Shown: piece after piece, positions 1 through 12,280 of the stretch | Layout of the letters: each line of letters begins with the position of its first letter | Numbering within the stretch: the stretch's first letter is position 1 | Source: Eledone cirrhosa | Taxonomy: Eukaryota | Assembly (NCBI GenBank): GCA_964016885.1 | Contig: OZ024741.1 | Span: 121,644,001-121,708,000 of the forward strand | Direction of reading: 5' to 3' | Length of the DNA stretch: 64,000 bases | Position numbers and translations under genes: made by a program | Notes under the pieces: generated by a model | The model's database searches: none | Seen by the model: the letters and a program-made list of their open reading frames with translations, nothing else | Told to the model about the DNA's origin: nothing

Positions 1-90
1 TGAACATGAATGGAGCTGTTATTTTTATCTAAAGATTTTTTCCAATTCCATTCCGCCCGTCCCCTCAATCTATCTTATTTCTCATCCATT

Positions 91-124
91 CGTCTGATAG
101 AGGACTACCGCCCGAAACGTTAAC
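91..124 (+). ncRNA. Degenerate hammerhead-like motif (Penelope-type)
   Basis: CTGATAGA-GGAC tacc GCCC-GAAA-CG-TT; core permuted relative to CUGAUGA and stem I weak. Confidence 0.3.
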
Positions 125-157
125 TGTATGTATGTATGTATGTATGTATGTATGTAT

Positions 158-485
158 GGTATCCAATGATGTTGACTTGTTATTCTTTTTGGTAAATATC
201 ATCTTGGTTAAGAGAGTGGGACTGGCTTTGTGCAGTGCCTTTGCTCACTATAAAAGCTTCACGGCACAGGCATTGCTTTATATCTGGAGATCTCTCTGCA
301 CTTGTCGTCACATGGTACCATGGGCCCAGCACTGTCTCAATAATTGTCACAAGTGTAGTGTTTGTACCAGAGTTTTCAAGTCGCTGGCTGGACTAAAAAG
401 TCACACTCGTCAGCGCATCGGTAGGCGTTCTCCTACATGGATATAAAGTAGTGGCCGTACTCGAAAACGAGTTGGCAGCCACCAT
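158..485 (+). mobile_element. 5'-truncated bipartite non-autonomous RTE element, family A
   Basis: Same sequence as parts of 3905-4208, 29141-29395 and 37779-38073; encodes RTE C-terminal zinc finger relic HKCSVCTRVFKSLAGLKSH; ends GAGTTGGCAGCCACC then (TATG)n. Confidence 0.75.
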
Positions 486-954
486 GTATGTATGAATGTA
501 TGTATGAATGTATGTATGAATGTATGTATTTTGCATTCATGTATGTATGTATTTGTGTATGTATGTATCTATGTGTGCATGTATGTATGTATGTATGTAT
601 GTATGTATGAATGTATGAATGTGTGCATTCATGTATGTGTGTATTTGTTTATGTATGTATTTATTTATTTATGTGTGCATATATGTATATAGGTATGCAT
701 GTATGTATGTTTCTATATCCAATGAATGTTTGAGGGAAGGAGAAAGAAAGTGTGTTGGTTCGAAATATATTCCGCCCGATTGACTATACAAGCATACGAA
801 CAATTAATCAACAAATTAACCCAAATAGAATATTATGTGAAATGAAAATCGAATGAAACGAAGAGAAACTTAGAACCGGAATCAATTCAACGTTGAGGAG
901 GAGAATTTTCAAGCGACAAATGCTAATTTGTCATCACCTATTCATTCACTTCAT

Positions 955-956
<2 letters not shown>

Positions 957-1040
<84 letters not shown>

Positions 1041-1180
1041 TATATACATACATACATATATATATATGTATATATACATATATATACATGCATATATATA
1101 TATGTGTGTGTGTGTATGTATGTGTGTGTGTATGTATGTGTGTGTGTGTGTATGTGAGGGTGTGTGTGTATGTGTGTGTA
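957..1180. repeat. Compound (TA)n/(TG)n microsatellite, representative of dozens of tracts such as 4523-4778, 6616-6836, 30290-31415, 34313-34870 and 57434-57705
   Basis: Direct reading; these tracts account for most short [12 protein letters not shown] ORFs in the track. Confidence 0.98.
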
Positions 1181-1641
1181 TTAAGAATAACACGACGTGG
1201 TTCTACATGAATGATTTTATTGATTAAAACCAATTATCTAATTATGAACGTATTGGCTCAAGGTCGATATATGTGTTTTAGTCACAACTTCAGCATCAAT
1301 CTTTTCATCATACTTGTTTATCAAGATTTCGTCTAGGTTTTGCATGATTATTAAATCTGATGAGCAGATTGAAGCTGATGTCGGGTCTACAAAAGAAATG
1401 TGGACCTTGAACCAACTATCTGTGAAAGGTTCGTAAGTGTTTCTAATAAAAAGAAATCATTCGTGCGGAAAATCGACATGTTATTTCATAATATATATTC
1501 CCTGCTTTAGCATGAAGCGTTAATAGCAGTACCACACCCAGTAAACCACTGAACTACTGAATCACCTAATTTATATATAATAATGAGTATAACCGACGTT
1601 GCAGCTGAACTATAGCTTCGGCGCCATTTTGCTGTTATAGC

Positions 1642-1782
1642 ATTACTGGTGCTTTATTTTATCGACCCCGTAAGGATGAAAGGCAAAGTTAACCTCGGCG
1701 GGATTTGAACTCAGACCGTAAAGGGCTGTAACTCTATGCTGCAAAGCATGGCATCCGATCCTCTACCGATACTGCCAATCCA
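1642..1782 (-). mobile_element. tRNA-derived SINE, family 1 (Meta-domain-like core)
   Basis: Minus strand: A-box-like TGGCAGTATCGGTAGA, B-box GAGTTCAAATCCC, then CTTTGCCTTTCATCCTTACGGGGTCGATAAAATAAAG resembling the MetaSINE central domain. Confidence 0.85.
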
Positions 1783-1829
1783 TATATAGTAATAATAAGT
1801 ATGGACGAAGTGTCACATTTTCATTTAGT

Positions 1830-1915
1830 TTATTCAGGTGTGACGTGCGTTTCACGATTGATCAGCTGAAGATTCGATCTCTATCGATAGAGCCCAACTC
1901 TGGAATGAAAAGCTT
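1830..1915 (-). repeat. Dispersed repeat with hammerhead 3' half; second copy at 54165-54245
   Basis: Minus strand GAAA-CGCACG-TC here and GAAA-CGCGCG-TC at 54.2 kb, each followed by AATAAA; no clear CUGANGA found. Confidence 0.45.
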
Positions 1916-2339
1916 ACCACACTTCTGTTTGTTTAATGACGGAATGTTTCGTGTACAGCTTTCTAAAATATATCTGTTCTCATAAATTTAGGATGGTCAG
2001 CCGTTCTTTGTTTTGATTGGTTGTTTGGGTAAGAAAAAATGCGAGGAGGTGGGAGAGGGGCAGGGAAGATGTAGAAAGAAGAAAGGGATTGAGAAATTCA
2101 ATGAATTATGGTGGGGTACATCCAGTGGTAAAGGTGGGGATGTAGTGAAGTTTTGACCATTTTAGTGGATAGGTTGGCGCGTATGTGGTTATATGGGGAT
2201 GGGGTAAGAATGTTGAGAGGCGCTAGTGAAGCAGAGTGTTGTTAAGAAAGAACCCACAATATGTAAACATATACGAAATACATGGCAAACTGATCACTGA
2301 CGAAGTAACATCAGATTGCTTCGCGTAACTCCAATTACC

Positions 2340-3415
2340 TAGAAAGGTATACGCCGGTTTGAGATGTATTTTATATCATATAGTTTACCACCAATCGGGG
2401 CTATCTTTTTCACGAACTGCATTGTACAGTGTGTTGGTCACTACATCATGCCTCATAGGTAGATAGTACCGCGATGACATCTTTGGACAGCTGCTGATGA
2501 CATGAGTGATATCCTCGATGTTAGTTCTGCAGAGTCTGCACTTGTTATCACTCTAGGTGTTTTGCCTGCATCTCTATCTCTTTTGTGAATCAGGTATTTC
2601 GTGCTAATCTCATGTTCCTGGATTGCAAAAGCGTATCCTTCAAAGTGGGAGCCAATATAGCGGTTGTTGGTCCAAGATAGACTACTTTCCTTATCTATAT
2701 TACTCTCACTCTGGAGCTTCCTGGCAACATATGCATGCATGATTTTTGCTGATAGGCATGCAGTTTTTTATCCATGGATTCACTGTGATACTGCTGAGCG
2801 ACATCCCTGGGTGTGAGTATTTGATTATCACACAGGGAATATCTCTCGAGGAGTTCCTTCCCAACTCTCATGATCTTATCTGTTTCATGCAGATAGACAT
2901 GCTCGAGAAACGGGCTCCTACGCTTCGAGGTTCGTAGATGTTGTCGGAGAGATATGATGCGACATTCAAATGTTTTCTGGACTGATGTTAGGCCTCTGCC
3001 TCCCTGCTTACGTTTCAAGTAAAGGCGGTCTATATCACTGTTGATGTGGAAGTTTCCGGTGTTGTTTAGTATTTTTCGAGTTCCAATTGAGTATTCCAAA
3101 CGTTGGTGTTAGGACAGGCACAGCAAACAGATTGTGAGCCACTGTTTTGTTTTGCGCAGAGAGTTCCGATGACCAGATCTTTCTTAATCGGGTGTAGTAT
3201 TCCCTGGTTATGCGTTCTTTATTACAGATACCATTATAGGATATGTTCTCATATCCTATAATGGTTCTCATATCCCCAGATATCTGTAGCAGTCCTCATC
3301 AAATATCGGTGAAACAGTTAGACCATTGATGACAATGTTGCTAGATTGGGTTGTTGTTTTTACCCGCTTTACAGTCATGTATGAGCATTTATCTTGGCCA
3401 AACTCCATTCCTCTA
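2340..3415 (-). pseudogene. R4/Dong-clade non-LTR retrotransposon RT-thumb/CCHC fragment
   Basis: Frameshifted fragments GMEFGQDKC, YRYLGI, DRLYLKRKQGGRGL, FAIQEHEISTKY, CRLC..H..SC..RHD. Confidence 0.85.
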
Positions 3416-3624
3416 TAATGTATGTATGTATGTATGTATGTATGCATGTATGTATGTATGTATGTACGTATGTATGTATATAAATGAATGCATGTATGTA
3501 TATACATTAATGTATGTATGTATATACATGAATGCATGAATGTATGTATGTATGTATGTATGTATGTATGTATGTATGTATGTATGTATGTATGTATGTA
3601 TGTATATATGTATGTAGTGTGTTA

Positions 3625-4208
3625 TGGTCAGGTCACCAGTTGGTGCTACTGGTAACATGTATCCCAGTACAACCTGTCTCATGGTCGGGTCGTTGGCGAC
3701 TAAACTGGCAACCCCACCAAGGTTTCTTGGTCAGGAGGGTGACTTTGGACATCCTGCAGGACTAAAAACAAAACCTGTCAAAGGGCAAAGGAGCTCCCAA
3801 GAGACAATGGCCATCCAAAATCACCGGGAGAGATGCCCCCTTAGCCTTTGTCAAGGCAGAATTCTAGGAGGAGGAAAACTCTGATATAACACCTGCAACC
3901 CTGATGGTATCCAATGATGCTGACTTGTTCTTCTTTTTGGTAAATATCATCTTGGTTAAGAGAGTGGGACTGGTTAAGCTTTACGGCACAGGCATTGCTT
4001 TATATCTGGAGATCTCTCTGCACTTGTCATCACATGTTACCATGGGCCCAGCACTATGTGTCAATAATTGTCACAAGTGTAGTGTTTGTAACAGAGTTTT
4101 CAAGTCGCTGGCTGGACTGAAAGGTCACACTCGTTCAGCGCTTCGGTAGGGGTTCTCCTACATGGATATAAAGTAGTGGCCGTACTCGAAAACGAGTTGG
4201 CAGCCACC
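3625..4208 (+). mobile_element. Near full-length bipartite non-autonomous RTE element, family A, with TSD
   Basis: RTE-like 5' UTR (CTAGGAGGAGGAAAACTCTGAT) joined to RTE 3' end; direct repeat ATGTAGTGTG at 3612-3621 and 4209-4218. Confidence 0.8.
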
Positions 4209-4520
4209 ATGTAGTGTGGTACTTTATGTCCTGTATTGTTATCATTTTATTTATCTTACAGTTTGGAGTATCCGTTGGTTTCAGTGTTTTCATTTTGCCA
4301 CGTTTTCCGTGTTACCCCAGTCGAAAAACTAAACTGTATCTTGTGTTATCGTAAGCTTCTCGTCTCGTACTTCAATCATTAGCCATTATTTCCATTATCT
4401 GTTACTTCTCTGGCATGCACATTCTGTACCTAAATATTTCTGAATTCGTCGTGACTCTCAGCGGACACTGATGATAGAGGTACATTTTTCTTTGTCCGTT
4501 TTGTTCTGATTATACACACT

Positions 4521-4624
<104 letters not shown>

Positions 4625-4653
4625 AACACACATACATACACAAACATACATAA

Positions 4654-4752
<99 letters not shown>

Positions 4753-5329
4753 TATATATATGTGTGTGTGTGTGTGTGCTTGGGAGTTTGTATGAATGCA
4801 TATATACATACATAATACATATATCCGGTGTGTGGGTTTAAGAACAAAGTATACACCAATAATAAGATAATGATATACAGTGAGCAAATTATATTGTTAA
4901 ATATGCATTCATATACATATTTAATATTGCACCAAAATAAATGTTTGGTATTAAAATCTGTTCAGAAGAAGGCTGAAAAGTAAGGGATGCCTATAGACCA
5001 TACAGAATCTGAATGAAGAGAGACAGTGGCCTTGACCACTTTGAAGCTAATAAGTCTTAATTAGTTTGAAGTCGTTTGGCTAAATGTCATTATATCTAGA
5101 TGAATTCATAGTTTCGGGTAGATGTCAGTATATCTTAGTAAGTCTGGTGGTATTTAGACGATTCTCGATTCTCTGCTTTAAGGTCATGATGTTTTTTGCA
5201 AAAAAACAACAACAAAAAAAGTAAAACAAACAAACAAGCAAAAAACAAAACAAAACCCTAGAATACAATAAAAACACAGTGTGGGTAAGTGTTAATATAT
5301 TTAGATAGGTGTGGATGCACGTGACTTAG

Positions 5330-5975
5330 TGGTTAGTATGTATGGTCCTGTAACTCCTGATAGTGTCGTAGGGGCGTCGTATTGACATACGTCGTTTCTT
5401 GGACATTTTAAGCCTGGTGGAGTCCATCCCTCTCCAGGCCTGAGTACAGCAGATTTCTTCCAGAGAGAGATAGAAAGTGAGAGAGAGGAAATGAGAAAAA
5501 TATATGGAGGAAGAATTGACCCCAATAGAAGAATGGTACATTTTTTTTATCGACCTCGAAAGGATGAAAGGCAAAGTTGACCTCGGTGGGATTTAGACTC
5601 AGGGAGCAGAGAGCCGGAACGAATAACATGAAGCATTCTATCCTACGTTCTAACCACTCTGCCAATTCACCGCCTGGTAGTGGTTAGGATGATCGGTTAA
5701 CTATTGTAAGGTGGTGATTTCAATCTCCAGCGGCGCGTTTTCCTTCGTTGAGTCAGAAGACAATGTATTTCACGTTGCTACCATGCAAAATGTCGAAAAT
5801 GACTTTGTATATGTAATTCAAAGGGCTAAAACGACAACACTCACCCACTGGAAGAAATCTGCTGTACTCAGGCCTGGAGAGGGGATGGGCTCCGCCAGAT
5901 TTTTAAACGTCCAAGAATCGCCTTATGTCAATACGGTGCCCCTACAACTCTATCAGGAATTACAGAACCATACCA
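5330..5975. repeat. Inverted repeat, arms about 130 bp (5330-5463 and 5848-5975)
   Basis: CTCTCCAGGCCTGAGTACAGCAGATTTCTTCCAG is the exact reverse complement of the 5848 arm start; outer parts diverged. Confidence 0.75.
5515..5675 (-). mobile_element. SINE family 1, diverged copy
   Basis: TATCGACCTCGAAAGGATGAAAGGCAAAGTTGACCTCGG core. Confidence 0.8.
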
Positions 5976-6634
5976 TACTATACCTTAGTCTTATATCGTC
6001 TTTACACGCCTAAACGCAGTAAGATTACACCAGCAGTTTTTTTCGTATTTGCCCAACTGTTTCTTGGGTTTTCAAATCATTTCTACAACACACGTACATG
6101 TATAATCTAAATTGGTTCCCTTTCCTCACAGCTTCATGTTACCCCAAGCGCTTTCTCAGCCTCCTTAGTCCTATGCACCACTTCGATTTATTCTCCTCAT
6201 ACCAAATATGTGCTCACTAAAGTTAGTATATAACATAGTATATGCGCCCTATTCTGTAGCGCCATGTTACGTTAAAAATGTATTGCCACGCCCCACATTG
6301 AGTATCCCAGAGATTGGGTTAATATGAATCGTTTGTAGAAGACACTTGCTCAAGGTGCGGATGGAGTGGTGATTGCGGAACGAAACTTAAGTGATGTCCC
6401 TTTTAATTCCACTCCTACACTTGTACTACAAAATTGAAAGGGATAGAGAGATAGTAGCAATGCACGCGATATGATGCTGCAATTAAATAATACAAAAAAC
6501 TCAGTATGGATGAAGCAAGCAGAGATTTAGGTGCAATTAGTTGATTCTAGTAGTGGTAGTAGTGGTTGTGCTGTGATATAACTGGTAAGTTGAGAAACCA
6601 GTTCATTATAGTGGTTATATATATATATATATAT

Positions 6635-6701
<67 letters not shown>

Positions 6702-6712
6702 GAAATAAATAT

Positions 6713-6766
<54 letters not shown>

Positions 6767-6780
6767 ATGAAATAAATATG

Positions 6781-6838
<58 letters not shown>

Positions 6839-6898
6839 CCAGGTAGTGTTATTAAGTTAGACATGGCCTGGGCCAATACTGGCTAAAACCTATTAAAG

Positions 6899-6951
<53 letters not shown>

Positions 6952-6989
6952 CGTGTGTATGGTTCTGTGTGCATGTGTGTTTATATAAA

Positions 6990-7340
6990 TGTAGTCTTTG
7001 TTATTCAAATGTAGTGATACACAACGGCGTTCAAGTAAACCTGCAAGGGTTCAGCTGCCCACCAATAGTACAGATGTACCACCAGTAGTCCAGATGCACC
7101 ACCGGTAGACCAAATGCACCACCAATAGTACAGATGCATGAACATTGGTCCAGATGCACTTTCAGATGTCCAGGTGAGCTATCAGCATTCAAAGTTAACA
7201 ACATCGTTCAGATGCACCACGTGTGGTCAGGTGTACCATCAGTGGTCAGGTGCACTGCCAGTGGCCCATGTGTACCACTAGCAGTTCAGATGTACAACAA
7301 GTACGTCTGTACTACGAGTGGTACACATACAATCAGCTGA
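6990..7340 (+). repeat. Minisatellite-bearing dispersed element: conserved head plus about 20-bp units GTCCAGATGCACCACCAGTR
   Basis: Head GTGATACACAACGGCGT..CAAGGGTTCAGCT shared with 8545-9080 (-), 15433-15965 (+) and 28280-28357 (-). Confidence 0.75.
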
Positions 7341-7397
7341 CGTCACTGATTGATGTGCACAATGTTCTACTGACGTAGATTAACTGACCACAGAGAT

Positions 7398-7740
7398 AGT
7401 TACGTCCCTTTACGATCTGAGTTCAAATCCCACCGAGGTTGACTTTGCCTTTACTCCTTACGGGGTCGATAAAATAAAGTACCAGTAATGCACTGGGTAA
7501 TTGCTGGCCTTGTGCCTAAAGTAGAAACAATTATGTAGTAATAAAAGAGCGGTGGATTGGCAGTATCGGTAGAGGGTCGGGCGCCATGCTTTGAAGCATA
7601 GAGTTACCTCCCTTTATGATCTGAGTTCAAATCCCGCCGAGGTTAACTTTGCCTTTTATCCTTACGAGGTCGATAAAATAAAGTACCAATAATGCACTGG
7701 GTTAATTGCTGGCCTTGTGCCAAAAGTAGAAACAATTATG
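7398..7740 (+). mobile_element. Tandem pair of SINE family 1 (partial plus full)
   Basis: Two copies of the core, each ending AGTAGAAACAATTATGTAGTAATAAAAG; absent at the homologous site near 16655. Confidence 0.85.
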
Positions 7741-7828
7741 TAGTAATAAAAGTAGTTAATGTAATCCGACCTTCAAATGTTTTTCATTTGAAATATATGT
7801 ATATATATGTGTGTGTGTGAAATATATG

Positions 7829-7874
<46 letters not shown>

Positions 7875-8096
7875 ACAGCTTACACCTATGCAGGTTTAGC
7901 TGGCCTCTTGCAAGGTATATCTCGTTGGAGGTGTCTTGGGTAATTTAATGATACGGACCCCAGTCCTATCATCTCATTTCTACAGCTGAGTAAACTGGAG
8001 CAATATGAAATAAAGTGTCTTGCTCAAGGAATCAACACGTCACCCTGTCCGAGAATTGAACTGACGACCTTTATATTGCAAGCCCAATGTTCTAAC

Positions 8097-8198
<102 letters not shown>

Positions 8199-8544
8199 TA
8201 TCATGGATTGTATACGATACATACATTATGTCCTTGAACAAGATTCTTTACTCTACATTGCTAAGCTTCCCCCCGAGGGGTAAAATATGAGTTGTATCAG
8301 TAATTCAAAGAGTCAGTCTTGCCATACCTTGTGGCACACAGGATTACCCTGAGAATTACGTTGAGGGTACACTTGTATGTGTAATGTTCAGACAGAGGTA
8401 CCACAACAACAACAACAACAACAACATGAGATACATGCTGATTTATTTTTAACTGATTTAGATTTTAGACTGTCTAATATCAAAAACATTGTGATTGCCT
8501 TAGTCATGTAAAACGCAGTGTTGACCACTAAAACATAAGTATCG

Positions 8545-9080
8545 ATTACTGATATGATGGGGAATATGAGTCACAGGTGGTGAATTTGAGCCACTGATTG
8601 TGTACTTGAGCCATTGGTGGTGACCTTATCCACTTGTAGGGAACTTGAGGCACTGTTAGTTGACATTGAGCCACTTTTGGGTAACTTGGGCCATTGGAGG
8701 CCCCTGTTGGTGCAGCTGGACACCTAGTAGAGCACCTAGACCACTGGTATTTCACCTGGACTACTGGCAGTTCATCTGGAATACTAGTGCATCTGAACTA
8801 CTAGTGGTTCACATGGACCATCGAGCTGCTTCTGACCACACGTGGTGCGCCTAAACGACGTTGTTCTCTTTGAATATTGGTAACTCACCTGGTCCTCTGA
8901 CAGCGTATCTAGACCGCTGTTAATACACCTTGAACAATTGATGATGCATCTGGACCAGTTGTGGTTTAACTGGACTACTGGTATGCCTCTGGATAACTGG
9001 TGGTGCATCTGCACTATTAGTAGGTAGCTGAACCCTTGCTGGTCTATCTTGACGCCGTTGTGTATCACAAAGACTACTTT
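8545..9080 (-). repeat. Minisatellite-bearing element (20-bp units), inverted copy
   Basis: Reverse complement of 15433-15965. Confidence 0.8.
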
Positions 9081-9469
9081 TATTTAAAAAAGTATTTCTT
9101 ACATAAACTGACTAATGTGGAAAATATTCATTACATGACCCATCAAGACGATGCGCACGCACAAACACACACACACGCGCGCGCGCGCACACACACACAC
9201 ACACAAACTTACAAAGATATACTGACATCTAACTGAAAAATTGGAATTCACCTATTCAGTTTCAAAGAAATCATTGCTTGGTTGAATGGTGGTATAAACT
9301 CATTAAAATATGTAAAACTAACATCCTGCTTTCGTAATTATTCATACATTCCAATATTCAATAAATGATTAAATGAACATCAGCATATGTGCCTTCTTTT
9401 TCTATTAACACACACACACACTCACACATACACACACACACAGATATATATATATATATATATATAGAA

Positions 9470-10144
9470 AGATTTGAATGGATACAGTTTAGTTAAAAGG
9501 AATTTATTGACACGTGTTTCTATAACAGTTACATAACCTGAAAACAGCTGCTATCTACAAAGTATTAGTTATACAGACATTCAATATTTCAATGTTATTA
9601 TGAACTGTCATTTCATCGGAATTTTACTGAGGACCTGTTTGGTTTTTATAGAGAATATTAGGAGGGAGGAGTGAAGTTGTTAGAAGAATAGTTGAGGGAG
9701 TGGTTTTTTGATAGCAGTGAGAATTTTTGGCGGCAGTGAGTAATTAGATTCCCATCTGTTATTTTGACATTTTTATAGAATATATTATTGGTTATTTTTC
9801 TAAATCTATAGAAGGATTAGAGATAGTATAGATATGCGTGGTTGGTTTTGTGTTTGCACTTAATTAAAATTCAGACTTAAATTTTTCTTTCAAGTGTACG
9901 TATCCTTTCGCCCACGCATTCACACACAAACATATATGCACACCTCTACAAAATACATATACTCACATTCACATACTTACATGCTCATACTTACATACAT
10001 ATACACATGCATACATATATATATATATACACACACATATATACATGTACATACATACGCGTTCATGTGTATACATTTTCATACTCAACTTATCTTTATA
10101 TACACACGTATAGACACACACATATATACATACATACTCCAGTC

Positions 10145-10226
<82 letters not shown>

Positions 10227-12280
10227 CACTTTAATACATGAATACACTTACATCTAACTATACACATCAAACATATATATATATTTACTTATTTATATAC
10301 ATTTTCACATATATATACATACTTATGGTCGCTTTTAGACACATTCATTATCGCATATTTGCACCTATTCTCATCAGCATATCTTTCCATTATTAGTGTG
10401 GTAATTTAAGGTTATTAATATACATATATATGTTGAGAAGAGATTGTTTTTATATTTTTCTAACTAGATTGAGGTTTATATAGTTGGGGGGATGTCCCTC
10501 TTTTATGTAATATTCAGCTTGTAGTGGGAAAAAAGGGTTTTAGTTCGGTGACGGCAGAATAATGTTCGTTCAATTCTGTTATTCAGCAATTTCCTCTTGT
10601 GTGTGATTATTTAATAAATCTCAAGATTACACAATTTGCAGAAATTTTGGCTCCTGGAAAAGCTTTGGGTTTTAGCTAATTTCTCCCATTTTAGGGTAAA
10701 CTTTTGATCGCTATCCCTGAGCGTCCAAGACTTTTCTGCTAAAGTTGTTACATTTCTTTGGCTCTGGTGTTTTATTGAGTAAGAATGCCTATATAATCGA
10801 GATTTAAACGATGTTGCCGTTGATCCCACGTAATACCACTCGTTGCCTCCGGATTTAATGGTACACTTATAAATAATATTTTTTTCCAGGCAGTTATTGC
10901 CGAGGGGGCAGTTGTCAGGATAGGTGCAGTTACAGTTGTGTACGTTGGGTTTTCTCTGGAGTAGTATTGCGGACGAACTTAGGCGTGGTTTATTTATGTT
11001 CTGTTGTGTATTGACTACTGTTTTTTTTGTGTTCTTTGTACTTAAGTTTTTAGTGTTTTCGTTTAACCTTCTAGTATTGATCTTTTTTATGTGTTGTTCA
11101 AGGTTTAACGCTGTAGAGTATGACAGTCTTATAGTGGTAGGGTTTAGGATTTTGTGGTATTTGTGTGATGTAGGAAAATGTCTCTTAATTATTTTAAAGA
11201 AGAGTACTGGTAAATTTGTACTAATAATGGAACATTGTATTCGGGGTTATACCATAAGTACTCTTTGCATCGCTTTCTATTAGTTTTGTTTGTTGGTTTA
11301 CTGGTGTGTATACTATGGTAGTAAGTGTGGTTTGGTGTTGTGTTATTATATCTACCTATGTGGGATTTATTTTGGGTGTTTTGATTGTTCTCATCTATAT
11401 ACTCTATTTTGTTGAGGTATCCTGCTTTACTAAGGGCGTTATCGTAGTACTCGGCGTGTTCCTTAAATACTTGTATGTTAGAAGATAGACCCGAGATTCT
11501 AAGGGAAATATTTTTAGGGATAGATTTAATTATAGAGATGGGGTGGTTAGACCCAACATTTACGTATTTGAGATTTTCATTCAATTTATGAAACGGTTTA
11601 ATCAGACCAGAGTTTAAATTGAGTGTGACATCCAGGAAGTTAACTACTTTAAGGTTGTATTCATGTTATAGTTAGTCCTGTTTCGAGTAGTAGTTTTCTT
11701 ATATCTTTGCGTAGTTTTTCTAGTTTTTGGTTATTTAGGTTTTTAACTAGGAGGAGAACATCGTCGCGGTATATTCCGCCGTGGAGATTGCTGAATTTTT
11801 CCTGGAGTCTAAAGGCGATAAATAACCCCACAATATCAGTTATTTCCGCCGAATCGTTAGAGCCCATTGTTATGTCAAAGTTAGAGGGTCTATCTTTACG
11901 TACCCAATAACTGTTCTCAAATTTGACTATAGTTTTCCTAGCTTCTAATATAATCTTAATTCCATCGTTTGTAAGGTCAGAGTTATCCTTAGCAAACTTA
12001 ATGGCTCTATTCAAAGTTTCAGGTGATATCTATGAGTAATATTCGTCGATATCAAACTGGATAAACTTAGATTTATTCTTATTGCTAATGCTATTAAACC
12101 ATCTTATTGCTTCTTGGGTCTTCCCCCAGAGTTTAATGTTAAGCTTAGCCTTAATTTGGGGGATGATTCTATCTAAGATATATTTGCTTATTTTACCTAT
12201 ATCTGATTTAGAGTGGCAGATTAATCTAATTTTAGGGTCATTATCAAAGTTTACCTTATGGTCTTTAAGATTGAAGGTGG
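9470..12280 (-). mobile_element. Penelope-like retroelement, Naiad type, 5'-truncated and decayed
   Basis: RT motifs IQFDIDEYY, FDITMGSNDSAEI, GIYRDD, NFLDVTLNL, SNHP, WYNP; then CNC-x4-CPL-x3-C, IIY...YVG (GIY-YIG), CKLC, LN, CRH at 10930-10500; about 1 kb 3' UTR ending in hammerhead, AATAAA and (TA)n. Confidence 0.9.
9506..9622 (-). ncRNA. Type I hammerhead ribozyme with extended stem II
   Basis: ATT-CCGATGA-A-ATGACAGTT...AACTGTTAT-A-GAAA-CACGTG-TC-AAT; palindromic stem III, GUC site; U4C variant core. Confidence 0.6.

Noticed and set aside
340-420. C2H2 zinc-finger-like peptide (CSVC..FKSLAGLKSH) as a host gene
   Set aside because: Occurs in four repeat copies and matches the C-terminus of RTE ORFs.
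2340-3610. R4/Dong elements specifically targeting (TATG)n
   Set aside because: The TATG tracts interrupt fragments at arbitrary internal points and are better explained by RTE-type tails.
3625-3712. HDV-like ribozyme at the RTE 5' end
   Set aside because: Hairpins and a CTAA motif are present, but I could not assemble P1/P2/P3 in the required order; unresolved without a covariance-model search.
11655-11670. In-frame TGA in the Naiad ORF as selenocysteine (known in some Naiads)
   Set aside because: The downstream NLKVVNFLDV motif is in another frame, so the TGA results from a frameshift.
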